A DNA stretch of 64,000 bases, taken from NCBI GenBank assembly GCA_028534125.1, contig CM052816.1, positions 78,556,001 to 78,620,000 on the forward strand, read 5' to 3'. This DNA comes from Lama glama. Lineage: Eukaryota. Under the pieces are notes generated by a model. That model had not been told where the DNA came from and did no database searches. It saw only the letters and a program-made list of their open reading frames with translations. This document shows positions 35,645-48,230 of the stretch, piece after piece. Position numbers and translations under genes: made by a program. The first letter of the stretch is position 1. Each line of letters begins with the position of its first letter.

Positions 35645-37284
35645 AATAGGTGATAATAGAGAAAGGCTTTAATTTTTATTTTTCTGACTCATAGCCAGAA
35701 GTCACTGAGAAATGGCTTGTCCACCCCGCTGCAGCATGAAATATTTGCTGTTTATTTTGATGAGATCCCAGAGGGTCTTCTGAATCATCTAAGTAACAGT
35801 AAGTTACATTCGGTTGCATTGTAGATTGAAGTACTTGGACAATATACTCATTTCTGGAAACTGATATAGGGAACCAAAACGCCCCTTTTGTTCCATTCAC
35901 CTTAGAAAACAGAGAGTTTACTGTCTTAAGGGAAGGCACACTTTCATGGCCTCTTGCCTTGAAGTCAGGAACATGCCTTCCAGAAGAGTCCCAGCAGGGA
36001 TGAGCAGTCTATCTTCTCCAAGCTACCTCCTTTTTCACTTTGTTGTCTTGGAACTCCTCCAGTGTCTGGAGTAATCACTGTACCTGAAACAGAGAACATC
36101 TTTGTGCTTCTCAGAGGAACAACTGACTCTCCTTCAAATACCACTCTCAGAACCAAGACCTATTAACTTGCATGTATAAATACCTATTCCACACAGTGTG
36201 TCAAGTATCGGCCAGAACCCACACCTTGCGCAGCCCACCGGCCTGCTCAGAATTTGGGAGAGCAAAGATCATCCTGCCCATCCCCCTGCCTTCAGTCAGA
36301 ACGTCGCAAAATCAATAGGAAACAACGGCTCCCAGTACTCAGTACCAGAAACTGCCTGTGACTTGGGAATGACCCGAGATACTAAATAGCCATTTTCTTC
36401 TCAAGTCAAATATCCCTGTTACTTCCTAAGCCACCGACGGAAAGACAAAAACCTGCCAATGAAAAGCGGAAAGGTTTTGTCTCAGAAGCACCTAGGAGAC
36501 TTCGCCAAGGCCCATACAGGCCCAGGAAAATGATATTTCAATGATAACTGTGTTTTACTAAAAAGTTAAGATTTAGGAGACAGCCTTTCCCAGCAATGTG
36601 GCACACATTACCGTGAGCAGACCAGCTCTCTCTCCATGAACAAAAAAGACAGGAAATGGAGACAGTTATTCTAGTAATTCAGTGACTCCCCTTCCTCCTG
36701 GGTCACTGGAGATCGCCTCCGTCTTTCGTGGCAATTGGATTACAGCTCAGTAGCTGCTCTGGGCTTGGACCTGAAGAGTATTCCTGGCAGGGGAGTCTCT
36801 TATTCCCACATTCCTGCTGCAGACCTCATGCTCCTGGGTGAGGGACATAAACCACTCTCCACCATCTTTCCTTAAACACAGCCAAATCCAAACTTTCCTG
36901 TCTAACCCTAAATCCTCAAATTCTGTCTATCAAGTAGCACCAGGCCCCAGTGGGTACTGACTATAATGGAGGTTTATGGCTCCAAAGGAAGGTATTTAAT
37001 ACGGCATTCTTTTGAAAAGGAACCATGGACATTTGGATGCATTTCTACTCATTTTTAAGAAGTCAGAGTAGAAGTGAGTAAAAGGAACCCCTCAGACTCT
37101 CATGCTAGAATCCTCCCTGGCCCTCAAGTCAAGCTCAGCTGTGTCCTGTTGCTTTGTGACATCTGTCTGTCACTGGCTTCCAAATGCTTTCCCCAACATG
37201 CACCAGTGGGGGTTTCTGCACATTCTAGCCTTTCTGACCTAATTTGTGCCTTTCATTCTCCCTCTTAAAGCTGTCCCACCCCCA

Positions 37285-37309
37285 GCACATGCACGCACGC
37301 ATGCGCGCG

Positions 37310-37345
<36 letters not shown>
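37285..37345. repeat. 61-bp alternating purine-pyrimidine tract, CG-rich plus (CA)n
   Basis: gcacatgcacgcacgcatgcgcgcgtgcgcgc(ac)n read directly. Confidence 0.95.
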
Positions 37346-37347
<2 letters not shown>

Positions 37348-37374
37348 GATCCTCTGTCATGACCCCAAATAGTC

Positions 37375-37600
37375 ATAAAGAGCAATGGTTTCAGAGCTAA
37401 GTTGTGTCAATTCTAGTTGTAGCTTTACCTTATAAAAACTGCTGAGCAAGTCCTACGCTTCAGTTTCTCAATCTGTAAAGATAATAATAACATTTATCAA
37501 AAAATGTTATTGCTGAAGGTTCAGTTGTGAATGTTAATCAAGTACTTAGAAAAATGTCTGGCATAAGGTGGCATGCAAGACATGTTAGGTCTTTTTATCA
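37375..37600 (+). mobile_element. MIR SINE
   Basis: gcttcagtttctcaatctgtaaag ... aagtacttagaaaaatgtctggcata. Confidence 0.7.
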
Positions 37601-38149
37601 TGGGACATGGCATCTGAACAGTGTATTAAGTAATCATACCCCCTTTCCTCTCCTAAAACACATCGAAGCCCTAGATTCTGCCCATACCCACACCCCCGTT
37701 CAGAGGAAAGTAGTCATGAGTGGTTTTTTGTACATTAAGATTCCATAGTTAATGGTTATTCAACCGAAAATGAGTGCCCAGGTCAAAGGCAATACATGTT
37801 ATGTAAGATGAACATGAGCAAGTCCTGTTACCAAGGAGACAACTTGACTTGAGATGCTACCAAAATGGAGCCTTCCATATTGGGTGGTGACAACCCAGAC
37901 TGACCAGAAATTCTGTTTTGGAAAGTTGGGATATAAAAGCACACAGAAAGGAAAGCAATAGCGGACTGTTTGGAAGCAGTTGAAAGATAACCAAATCACT
38001 ATTGAGGCGATCATAGTCTGAATGACAATGATTCACCAAGTTACCCACAAAGCCAGCTGAACATTTAAGCCTGAGAAGCAGAGGATCCAGCAATGGCATC
38101 GGTGCTGAGACAATTTCCCACTTTTTTTTTTCTTTTGGTGTATGCTTTT

Positions 38150-38402
38150 CTTAAAACTTTCTCCCAAGTAGTAATTTCCAAACTTTAGTATTAATAAGAA
38201 CCTGTGAAATTTGTTAAAATGTAGATTCTGGGCCGTCTCCCCAGAGATTCTATTTCAGTAGAACTGGAGTGGGGCCTCAGATAGGGCCATTATTTGTGGT
38301 TATTCCTTGCACTCCTCTGGGGACACATTCATATTAACTATGATGTGAGTGCCTCCTGAGAGTTGTGCAGTGCACAACCTGCCCAACCAAATGTGACAGC
38401 TA
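38150..38402. mobile_element. MER5A-like and MER91-like hAT fragments
   Basis: ttgttaaaatgtagattctgggcc ... gagtggggcc (MER5); gagttgtgcagtgcacaacctg (MER91). Confidence 0.65.
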
Positions 38403-39377
38403 TGAATAATTCTCCTTTAAGTGGCTCCAAGTTCACACAAAGAAATACTAAAGGTAACTTGGGTATGTTCTCTCTTTTGCTATCTAAAAGAATCCAATAA
38501 ATACTAGTTCCCTGCTGATCCACCTCAGGTCCTAGTCACTGTTCGCACCAGCTCGGTATCGACAGTTGAGAAGGGCTGAAGCAGAGAGGCGAAAGGACAG
38601 GCAGAGAAAGGACCAATACATTTGTGTTTTATTACATACAGAAAGTTTCAGCAAGAGGCTTGATGGCTAGTCTAAATATACGTACCTTCTGAATGTCACT
38701 GGCTTAGAAGCAATTGGAATGAAACCAAATACAAAGAGTGCAGAATGAATTGCTGATGAAAACTTTACAATACCCCAAGGCACTAGCATCATGCTCCCAG
38801 CTCCCTGCTTCTCATTAAAGATGTTGCTTTCCAAGCTCCATTAATTGGTGAGGGTCTTGATGTAGTTAGGGAGTAGGAAGACTCTCCAGGCCTCTGAAAA
38901 GAAAATTGTGTTTCTAGAGAAAGGATTTATCAACTATCAAGTGAGTTCAATTCAACAGGTTTTTGCCTAGCACAGTTTGGCGCTGATAGGATAAAAAAGA
39001 ATTAGAAGACTCCACCCCAAGCTTCCCAAGGAAGTTGAAGGGAAGAGGGACATGATTAAAACATAGGAAGAAATTAAAGGACAGGGAAGAGAATATGTGA
39101 TCAAGTGCTAAGTTACTGAGACAGTGTATGCAATTGGAGTTCAGGAAATCAAGAGACCACTGAGGCTATGGTCGCTACAGGGAGGCAATTGAAGAATATT
39201 CCTGTAGTTGCTTTTGTAAACAGTGAAGATATCTGAGGTTTGAAGGGAGAGGTAGACTTGCTCTTTTTTCTGATAACTGGCATTTCCATTGATCCCAGCA
39301 TTGGACTTGGTCTTGTTCACTTCACGTACTCTGGACCTAACGTTTTATTTCGATTTTCCTAAGCACATTTCACTTCT

Positions 39378-39776
39378 GCTGCCTGCTTGCCTGGGCTTCT
39401 CAGACACCTGGCCTGGGGCACCTATGGGAACCACCCAGCACTTGTGAAACCTGGTTGTGTGGGGGAGTTAGCACCTGGGGGCAACCCTTGGCCGGCTGGG
39501 GATGGGAGCTCATGGGTGCCTTCCCCACTTGTGTCCCCTGACTGGACAATTCTGAGATGCATTCCTCACAAGTCTCAGATGGCCCCAGAAGGATCGATCC
39601 CAGGCTCCCACAGCAGCGACCAAACTTGATCATAGACTGTGTAACTTGGCTTCCCCTGTTTTCCTGTTTCCCTCTTCCCAGTCCCCGACTCCAGTTTCTG
39701 AGGTCACTTTGCAAACTACCTTCATTCAGACCCTTGTCTCAGGCTCTCCTTTTTGGAAGGAACCCTGGCTAAGACA
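39378..39776 (+). mobile_element. ERV-L solo LTR (LTR16A-like)
   Basis: gggggagttagcacctgggggcaacc ... gacaattctgagatgcattc ... cccttgtctcaggctctcc ... ggaaccctggctaagaca. Confidence 0.85.
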
Positions 39777-41209
39777 AGACAAGACAATGAGTTATATTTT
39801 TAGAATTTGAATATTTTATGCTCAATTTGCAGAGAACTCTGACACGGGGCTCTGCCCCTAAGCACACTCATCTCAGGATGGTTCAAACCAAAATGTACTG
39901 TCTGCCTGAGTTGAGGTTTGGCTAAAACTGAGATTAGACTTCATGAAGGCCCAGAATGCGAGGACAGGGGGCAGAGGGAGCATTTCACATTTCTGAAGTT
40001 CTTACTATGTGCCAGCACTGCACCACAGGTATTTGAATATTACTCATTGCTACGTGAACCCGATGAGATAGGTAGAATCCTTCCTTGCTTAGGGGACTCA
40101 GAGCAGGCAGGAAGTGACAGAACCAGGGTTTGACTCAAGGCTAGGCCCTCAAGGTCCCTGTCTTGCCCCTTGACCTGATGTTTCTCCCACACACGATTTA
40201 AAGCACTGGGTACGAGGTGCCTGTCTCTCCAGTGTATCAGTGGTCCTCATTAATTTTTTTTCAGGTTTGGAACGGGCAATCAGTGACCTGAATTAGTTTT
40301 AACTGGTTGGCATTTTAATCTCTCCCGGTTGAAGGATGGAGGTGGCCCCTTAAGCAAGAGTGAAAGCTCAGAATTCTAGAAAGCGGCTTATGTCTGTGAG
40401 CTCCACCCAAGGATTGAAGGCCAGCCTCAGTTTAGCTCTGAGAAAGGCAAGGTGGCTGTCTGGCTGGCAGTGAACACAGAACATGAGTCAGGCCTATCAC
40501 AGGCCTGGGCCCAATGATGAGCACACAGTAGGTACACAAGAAATATTTGCCAAATTACCGATAAGCTCTCAAAGCCAAAGCGTATTTTCCCCCAAGTGCC
40601 TGCCGAAGGTGAATCGATGTGGGCCACGTGACACATTTCTGTGCTAGCTACTCTGTGCCCCACTTGTACCTTTTACACGTGAGCTCCCAGAATAATAGGG
40701 ATCTAAATTTATTAAAGCCACACAGTAGCATTTTGAGACTGAGAACCCCCGCCACCATCTCTCGTGCTCACAGAGCTTCGGGAGCACTGTAAGTCACAGG
40801 CCTCTGAGCTGTCACTCTTTATATTGGGCCTAGGGGTTAACTGGATCCCCACTGCTTTATGTCATCCTTTGTGCTTTTCCCGATTTTGTGTTTTTCTGAT
40901 TGTTTCTTAGTGGTCTACAAGTCAACTCAGAAAAAGGGATTCAAGTGCAGGGTGTTGAAAACTTGGGTCTATATCCTCCGGCCACTGTGAGCATGTCACG
41001 TCTCTGGGAATATCCACTTACCCTGAGTCTCTCAGCCTTGGTGAAGAAGGAATCAGAAGCCTTAAACCTCCTAGAGTCTACAATGCCTCATTCATTTATT
41101 TGTACTTATTGAGATACAACTACATTATTTCTACACAAAGAAAAGCAGGCACTTTAATAACTGTAATCAATTTCTTTGAGCACTAGGGTGCCATGGAATT
41201 AAGACTCTG

Positions 41210-41425
41210 TGTAGTGGATCTCAAATTGTGGTCCTTCAACCAGCAGCATCAGAATTCTCTGGAATAATTATTTCAAAATACAGATTCCTGGGTTCCATGC
41301 TAGGCTTAATGAATCAGAATTTAGGTTAGGTTTTTTTTAGTATTTTGTTTGTTTGTTTTTGGATTTTTCCAAGGTAATTGTTAACAAGGAGATTCCCATC
41401 ACACTAAAGTTTCAGATCCCCCGTC
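41210..41425. mobile_element. MER5A-like hAT relic
   Basis: gtggatctcaaattgtggtccttcaaccagcagcatcag ... cagattcctggg ... gaatcagaa. Confidence 0.7.
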
Positions 41426-42289
41426 TATAGAGACCCGCATGGTCCTAAGTGCCAAGCAAAAATTTCGCTGGTGCACATCACCTCTGCTTCATCCAGCTCA
41501 GAGCTCTCAACCCAGTCCTGGTGTTGTGCCACTTAATTCTTCCTCATTCTATGAATTTGAGTCAACATATTGATGGCAGTGAGAATAAACAAAGAGGAGA
41601 AGAAAAAGCAAGGAATTACCATCCAAGATATTTATGATGAACTCTGAAGAGGAAACTGACCAAGGAGTAGACCATGACAGTTAAGTCACTCCACAAACAT
41701 ATGTATTTCAGCTATTTCCCACATCTGTGTATGGCCCTCCATCAAAATTGAAATCCAATTCCAGTTCCAAAACCATAGTTATCCAAGAATAATACTCTGG
41801 AAGCAGAGAAGAGTTAACTTAATTGCTTAATTTCATTGGGAATGTAGGAGAAATGTGGCCTTGTATTGTAATAATAACACTACCACCTCACATTTGCAAA
41901 GTAATTTATGGTTTCAAACAGACTTTCAGGACAATATCTCATTTAAACTCTGCATTATTGTAGATACCAAAATTATAATTTATAGACTTAGGTTAACAGC
42001 ACACCAGGATTTAGTTATCTCCCCAGATAATTCCTTTGAAACACAATGAGGCTTGGAGCCAGATCAGAAGACATTCTTCAACCAGAATATGAGAACCGTA
42101 CAAAATCTGACTCGCAGTCTGAGTTTTCCAAGACAATCCTAACCTCCAGGTATGTAGTCAATGGCCAAAAAAATTCATGATTTGCCAGAATGAAAATTAG
42201 CTCCTCTGATTCACTGGATGTTGAGTGTGTAAGTTTTGTTAACAAAAGCACCTGCTGTGGATCAGGTTCCAGGAGACATATCCTGTCTT

Positions 42290-42620
42290 AAATCACTTCC
42301 TGAATTTATTTAAATCTGCCTGTTGAAGAAAGGTTCACGTTCATACATAGTGCCTTTGACCACAAATAAAGTCTTTGCCATCTGTTTTCACACTAGGAAA
42401 ACAATATTTGGATTCAGTGATGAAATAAAAAATCCTATTCACATATGTCCAACTCTTGTTCTCTTACCCTGGGACACTTCCCGCCGAAGTCACAAGAAAA
42501 AGAACTTTGTTTATTAAAATGAGGAAGTGAACATGTGTTATTCAAGAATATAGGTATCTTCATCTGCGTCTCCAAATTATTAACGTTCACGGGGCCCTCG
42601 GTGTTTATGTGTTTATTAAG
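42290..42620. promoter_or_regulatory. Candidate enhancer: ETS/PU.1, RUNX and FOX motif cluster
   Basis: cacttcctg at about 42294-42302; tgaccaca at 42357-42364; cacttcccgcc at 42475-42485; aaaatgaggaagtgaac at 42516-42532; tgtttat three times. No recognisable repeat here. Confidence 0.35.
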
Positions 42621-43089
42621 CTTTTTAAAATCAGGACTTCAGATATCATCATTTTATAAGCACCACGATACTCTGGAGGGTGGGAGGAGACATCTCTATT
42701 TTTATAGCTCCTTTCAGCTCTTTGCACCAAATCTTTCAAGGATATTTATCAACACAGGGTAAGTATCTTATTGAAATGGGAAGACAGGCAGTTTAGAACA
42801 TTAAAGAACTGCAGAGGGGAATTTAAGCCTGATTAGACAAAAGAAACATCATTATCATGGTTGATAAAGGCAGATTCTGAATCCTTAAATCCCCCCTCCC
42901 CTCATTGATGTGTTCTCTGGATTACAAGGAGGACATTGCTCAAGGGCAAATGCATAGTCTTCAATACAGCCTGGAGTTTTGCCCCAGACTCCTGTCTCTG
43001 CTTTAGGGAGCGGAGCTTTGAAGACTTTTTTTTTTTTTTTTTTTTCTGAAATATCTTACGCCTTCAGCTTGATTTCTCTTTTTCTTATC

Positions 43090-43315
43090 TTTTTTTTTAA
43101 GTTGAGGTATAGTTGATTCACAATGTTGTGCTAGTTTCAGATGTATAACAAAGTAATTCAGTTATACATATATATATTTTTTCAGATTCTTTTCTATTAA
43201 AGGTTATTACAAGATACTGAGCATAGTTCCCTGTGCTATACAGTAGGTCCTTGTTGTTTAGCTATTTTGTATATAGTTGTGTGTATATGTTAATCCCAAA
43301 CTCCTGATTTATCTT
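43090..43315 (-). mobile_element. L1 3' end
   Basis: ttgaggtatagttgattcacaatgttgtg ... atagttccctgtgctatacagtaggtccttgttg, antisense to the L1 ends at about 6300-6500 and 23740-23950. Confidence 0.92.
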
Positions 43316-44159
43316 ATCCTAATTTAACTCCTATCCCTGCCTTGGAGAGTTTTGTTTTTTTTTTCCCTTAGTGCCCAACCTAGAACAAGGGCACTAGGGC
43401 AGGCTGAACAGCCAGCCTATTACTTGGCTCTTCGTTCCCTGGTCCTCATCATATTCTTGACTCTCACATCTTACCATTTTCCCTCCAGAAAAGGAAGAAG
43501 AGGGATGTGTGAAAATGTGAGTACTCCATTCCCCTGAGCTAGCCTCCAGACTTCTATTCCCTGACCCCACCCACAAGGACTTCCAAAGGGGGTGGAGGCA
43601 TGCCCAGGTCTGGAAGTTCCTGGAATCTGACTTTGTATCGTCTAGGGGAGGACAAGGGATACAGGCTGGTTCTGTTTATCATCTCTTTGCTTCTCCCAGC
43701 AAAAGCCCCACCGTCTAGCAAGCTGGTCCCCTTCTAACAGCAACCCTCCTTCTGGGGATCGGGCATGGGGAGGTGGGAGAAGGCTTCATCTCTGCATCTT
43801 GGAAACCATATCAGCCCAATACCTCAGGGCCACACAGGAGTCAGAGGCCCTTTCTGCCACCTCTACTTTTGACCATGGCCCCCACCATTCTCTCAGGGAC
43901 AAACACCCCATGCCATACTCTTCCCTCTGTGATTCAAGTCTTCACACCGTCTCTCACATCTATAGCTTTCCATGTCTATTGTTACCACTCTAACAGCGGA
44001 CTTCAATATTTGCCTACCAGGACATTACCAGAGGCTCTCACTTAATTCCTTCATTTATCCATCAATCACTCTATCATTCTGCTTCCAAATATCTCTTCCT
44101 GAGCATCACTGTCTTAAGATCTTGCTTACTTACCACCCTTCTTCCTATTACCTATTATA

Positions 44160-44420
44160 GATTGTGGTACAGGAAAATATTAAGAGCATGGATTCTGGAG
44201 CCAGTCTATCTGTGCTTCATCTTTGATTCTGCCGCTTATTACCTCTGCTACTTTGGGCAAGTTACTTAGCCTCTCTGTGCCTCACTGTCCTCCTGAAATA
44301 GGGATAATATAGCACATATTTCACAGGATTAATGTGAAGGTTAAATAAGTTGATATAGACCAGGGTCTGGTATTTAATAAGCATCCAATAAGTAATGGCT
44401 ATTATTATTATTATTATTAC
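44160..44420 (+). mobile_element. Near full-length MIR SINE with (ATT)n tail
   Basis: ttaagagcatggattctggagccag ... tttgggcaagttacttagcctctctgtgcctca. Confidence 0.9.
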
Positions 44421-45230
44421 TACAGAATGTGGTCCAGGCCTCTTGACCCAGCATCCATTGGCCTATACAATCTGTACCCTGGAGCTGTAATCTAAAGATG
44501 GTAGATGCTATCCTGGAGATCCCTCCCAGCTTCCAGAACAAATGAGAAACCTACTTAAGGTGATAGACACGGTGGCCAATGAGCCATTCTCTGCTGTAAC
44601 AGAGTAAATATTTAATTCGAGCCAAGAGCCTACAAGTATAGAAAGCGGGGGGAAAGAAGTGGTTTTCTCCCTCCTGCCACTTCTGGTGACACATGTTATG
44701 CACTGAGAAGCCGGAGGGAAGATTTGAGCTGATTATAATCTAATGAAGCTGCCAAATCAGTTTTACTTTCCAATACAGCTTGATGACTGGTTAGTCCCAT
44801 GGGTCTTGAGCTGGGATTATTTTAACTGGCAGCATTATCTGGGTCAGACTGGTCAGCCTCTATGGGGAATACTCCAGAAAATGTCATCTTCCAAGCCAGA
44901 GTGGGAGCAACCTTTGCCACTAAATAGATGGTGATACCCTGGTATTTGGAGGGTAATTTCTGAGTTCATGAGATGTAGCAGGGGGGCACAGAATGGGAAA
45001 GGAGAAGGAAGAAGAGCAAGATCACAGCATCCCAGGGGAAAAAAGAACAATACAGGTGGCGTGGGAGTTAAAGGAGAGGGGAAAGGTGATTTTAAAAGAA
45101 AAAGAAAACAAAAAACAAAAAGCAGAGATTAAAGGAACCAAGTACTGGGGATGAGAGGCAAGTCTGGTGAGAGAGTGAGAACTGCCCAGGGGCTTCAGTC
45201 CTGATGGATTCTGAAGATTTAAAGTACACA

Positions 45231-45253
45231 ACACACACACACACACACACACA
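45231..45253. repeat. (AC)n microsatellite
   Basis: Read directly from the sequence. Confidence 0.95.
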
Positions 45254-46068
45254 ATATGCAAAACAACAAGACACCCCGTTGTATTCTAAACAAGGTCATT
45301 TGTATGTTTGTTAATAAGCTTAGCAAAGTGCTATATGGAAAGATGATCTGGTAAATTGGAACAACTGTGCACCAGCCAGTTGGATTCTTGATACCCCGGA
45401 GTCCTCTTCTTGCCACAGCAGGTGGCGTGGGCTAGAGTTGCTCAGTTCTCCCGACACTCTAGTTTCTTCTACTGCTCGGAAACAAGCCTGGTTCAATATG
45501 CTTTCCATCTCCAGACAAACCCATCACTGGGTTTGCCCCAAGGTTGGCACAGAGAGTGAGGTCTCTGCCTCCCTCTTCCCCGCCCCAACCCCCACAGGCA
45601 ACTGCTACACTTTCACTGTGGGGCTGTATGGCTGGAGGAGGGCTTGGCAGCATCAAATTCACTTTGGAGGAATGATTTAGTCACACCACATGACTGGGTC
45701 TCCACGAAATAGTCACTACCTCTCCACACTACATTATATTTGAGCTATTTTTCCCTCATATGTGAATAGTTTCATGAAAAATACAAGTGAAAACAACTCC
45801 TGTCACCTACAGAATCAGGACTAGAGATCAGATTCACAGACCAGAGTATCCTTTAGAGCGTCCCCCAACTCCCACCCCAAAGGAAGAAAAATAATGAAAA
45901 TATGGGGAAATGCCAAGGTGTGACATTTATTTAGGCAATACTTTTAAAAAGCTGAGAAATCCTTCTTTATTAAAAGGAGATGGATGCATCTCTTGAAAAT
46001 AAGGTGTGTGTTGTGGGACGGGGTGGAGGGGTGAGGTGTGCTGCTTATAAATGATGAGATGAAGCATT

Positions 46069-46082
46069 AGACCAGAGGGCAC
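46069..46082 (+). promoter_or_regulatory. CTCF-like motif
   Basis: AGACCAGAGGGCAC matches CCASYAGRKGGCRS at 12/14 positions. Confidence 0.45.
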
Positions 46083-46146
46083 CACTCGGTTTTCTTTTGC
46101 TTCTCCTAGAGTTTCAGAGTGTTAGCCAAGTACAGTAGCTTTTCTT

Positions 46147-46175
46147 GTTTAGTTTAGTTTAGTTTAGTTTAGTTT
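46147..46175. repeat. (GTTTA)5 simple repeat
   Basis: Read directly from the sequence. Confidence 0.95.
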
Positions 46176-47869
46176 TTTCATTCACCCTAGAGCAACGTCA
46201 GCGACTTGCCGAGGATGAGATCCACATTCCACGGCAACAGGTGAGGTCCTTAGAGGATTCTTGAGTTCACCCCCAAGTGCAGGGTCACCACTCTAATCCA
46301 GCCACCATCCCCTCTCCCCTGCTCCCCTGCCCTGGCTTCCTCTCTCTCGCCCTCTTTACCACCTACTCTCCGCCCCTACAGCCAGCGGCCGTGACACTTC
46401 CCCCACGGCGCCCCCTCCCACTGACTGCACCCTGTGCTCTTCCTTCCGAACACTGTCCACAGGCTATAAATGCAGGGTTGTGAAACTATTTCACTAACGG
46501 TTTTCTCCCGCTTGATTGTAAACCTAGGAGTAAGGGGACGGCTTGCATCCTCTGTGCCCGATTCAGTGCCTGTCACATAAGGGGCGGGGGCTGTGCCTGC
46601 TTTCTAGATCAGTAACGTGGGTTTAGGGGAGGGAGCAGGAATGAAGGACAAGCTGCCAATCAAAGGCCTGGGTGGGCATGTGACCTTAGCTGGCCAATCA
46701 GAATCCTTTCTTGCGTTGTTGCAAGCTGGAGCCAGAAGCCTTCAGTCTTGGATTGAGTTCTCCCAGAAGCAGATCCTGAGTTGATGATTCAGGTGTAAGT
46801 GCTTTTTAAAGGAAATGCTCCCAGAAGAAAGCAGGAAGGGAGAAGGGGAAGAAAGATGAGGAAGAAGCCAAGCAACGAAACAGGCAACGAAGCAGGAAGT
46901 GGAGTGGGAGGCCACCCTGGGGCTCCGGTCTGGGCTGTTGAGAAGGTTGGTTTAGTCCCGAGAGGCAGGTGGGCCCAGGTAGCCCTGAACTCTCTTCTCC
47001 CATCTCCTGGCTCTACCTGGGGTCATGGGCTCTAGATAAAAAGCTGCCACAGCCTCCTGCCTGGGCTTTGGTTCTGACTCGCTTTTCATCCCCTTTCTCA
47101 GACTCTTTCTGCCTTGGTTGCCTCAGCAGAACCCACAGGTTTTGCATTTTGCTCTTCGCCGTCTGCCTTGGTAACCCGGCTCCAGACGCTGGGACTGTGG
47201 TTGCTGTTGGGTTCCACGTGCTGCCTCCCAGGCTTGAGATGCCTTGGTGCTTTCTAGGCACCTTCCTGGGAGGGAGATCCGGAGCTCAAAGGCGTTGCCT
47301 AACTACAAGACCCTGTGCTTATTTGGGCTTAAAAAATAGTAACTTGCCTTATTGAAGGACAAACCTGGAATCTACTAAAATCTCTTGACATTTTAAAATG
47401 AACTGGAATGGGGGGGCAGTATTCCCTCATATTTACATCTAAGGCAGCTTAAATGACTATGAAGAGGGAAACACTTTTAAGATTCATCTCTCCACTTCTT
47501 AGACCCATCTCCATCATTGATGATACAGGCTACCACTTAGTGGTAATTCTATGTCGGGCTTCATGAGTTCACACGTACATTTCATTCTCAGTGTTAGAGA
47601 AGATAATTTCCCCCAAAGTCACACGCTGGTATGTGGGAAAGCTTAGATTCCAACCTGGATCTATCTGACTTCAAACCCATGCTCTTAACTGCTTCACTCA
47701 ACTTTTGCTGGCAATCATATCTTCCGGGCTCAATGCCAAGATCCAAATCCACAGGGAATTGGGAATGTAAGGAGGAGAAACAAAGTAGTTCTCTGGAAAT
47801 GCTTCAGAAATTGTTTCTGAGTATCGAGGCAACATTCCATGACCAAAGGCTCCCTAGTCCCTTACCACT

Positions 47870-48230
47870 GACAGTTCATTCATTCATCCAATACTTAGAG
47901 AATTCTCTTTGTGTTCGGCACTGTTCTAGGCACTGGGTGTTTGTCCATGAACAAAGCAGACTGAAAGGCCACTGTGTGTGTTTGTAGAATTTACAGTCTA
48001 GGATGCAAGAAGGAGGCTATAAAGGGAGGTAGGCAATAAACACAAAATATTAAGTAAATTTTGTCGTGATCACTCTGGAGAGAGAAAAAGAGCAAACTAA
48101 GGAGAATTTGAAGTGCAATTTAAAATAGGACAGTCGGGTCAGGCCTCCCTGAGAAGGTGACTTGAGCAGACTTGCAGCTGAGGGAGGGAGACAGGTTGCT
48201 ATCTTGAGGAACAGTGATCCTGATGGTAGC
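47870..48230 (-). mobile_element. L2 LINE 3' fragment
   Basis: ttcattcattcatccaatactt ... ggcactgttctaggcactggg ... aggcctccctgagaaggtgac. Confidence 0.85.

Noticed and set aside
35102..35672. 183-aa and 177-aa ORFs in the track
   Set aside because: Artefacts of the N gap; only the first 14 residues (L1 ORF2 start) are real.
45053..45431. 13-mer caggtggcgtggg repeated about 365 bp apart
   Set aside because: One 13-bp match at this distance is within chance for 64 kb.
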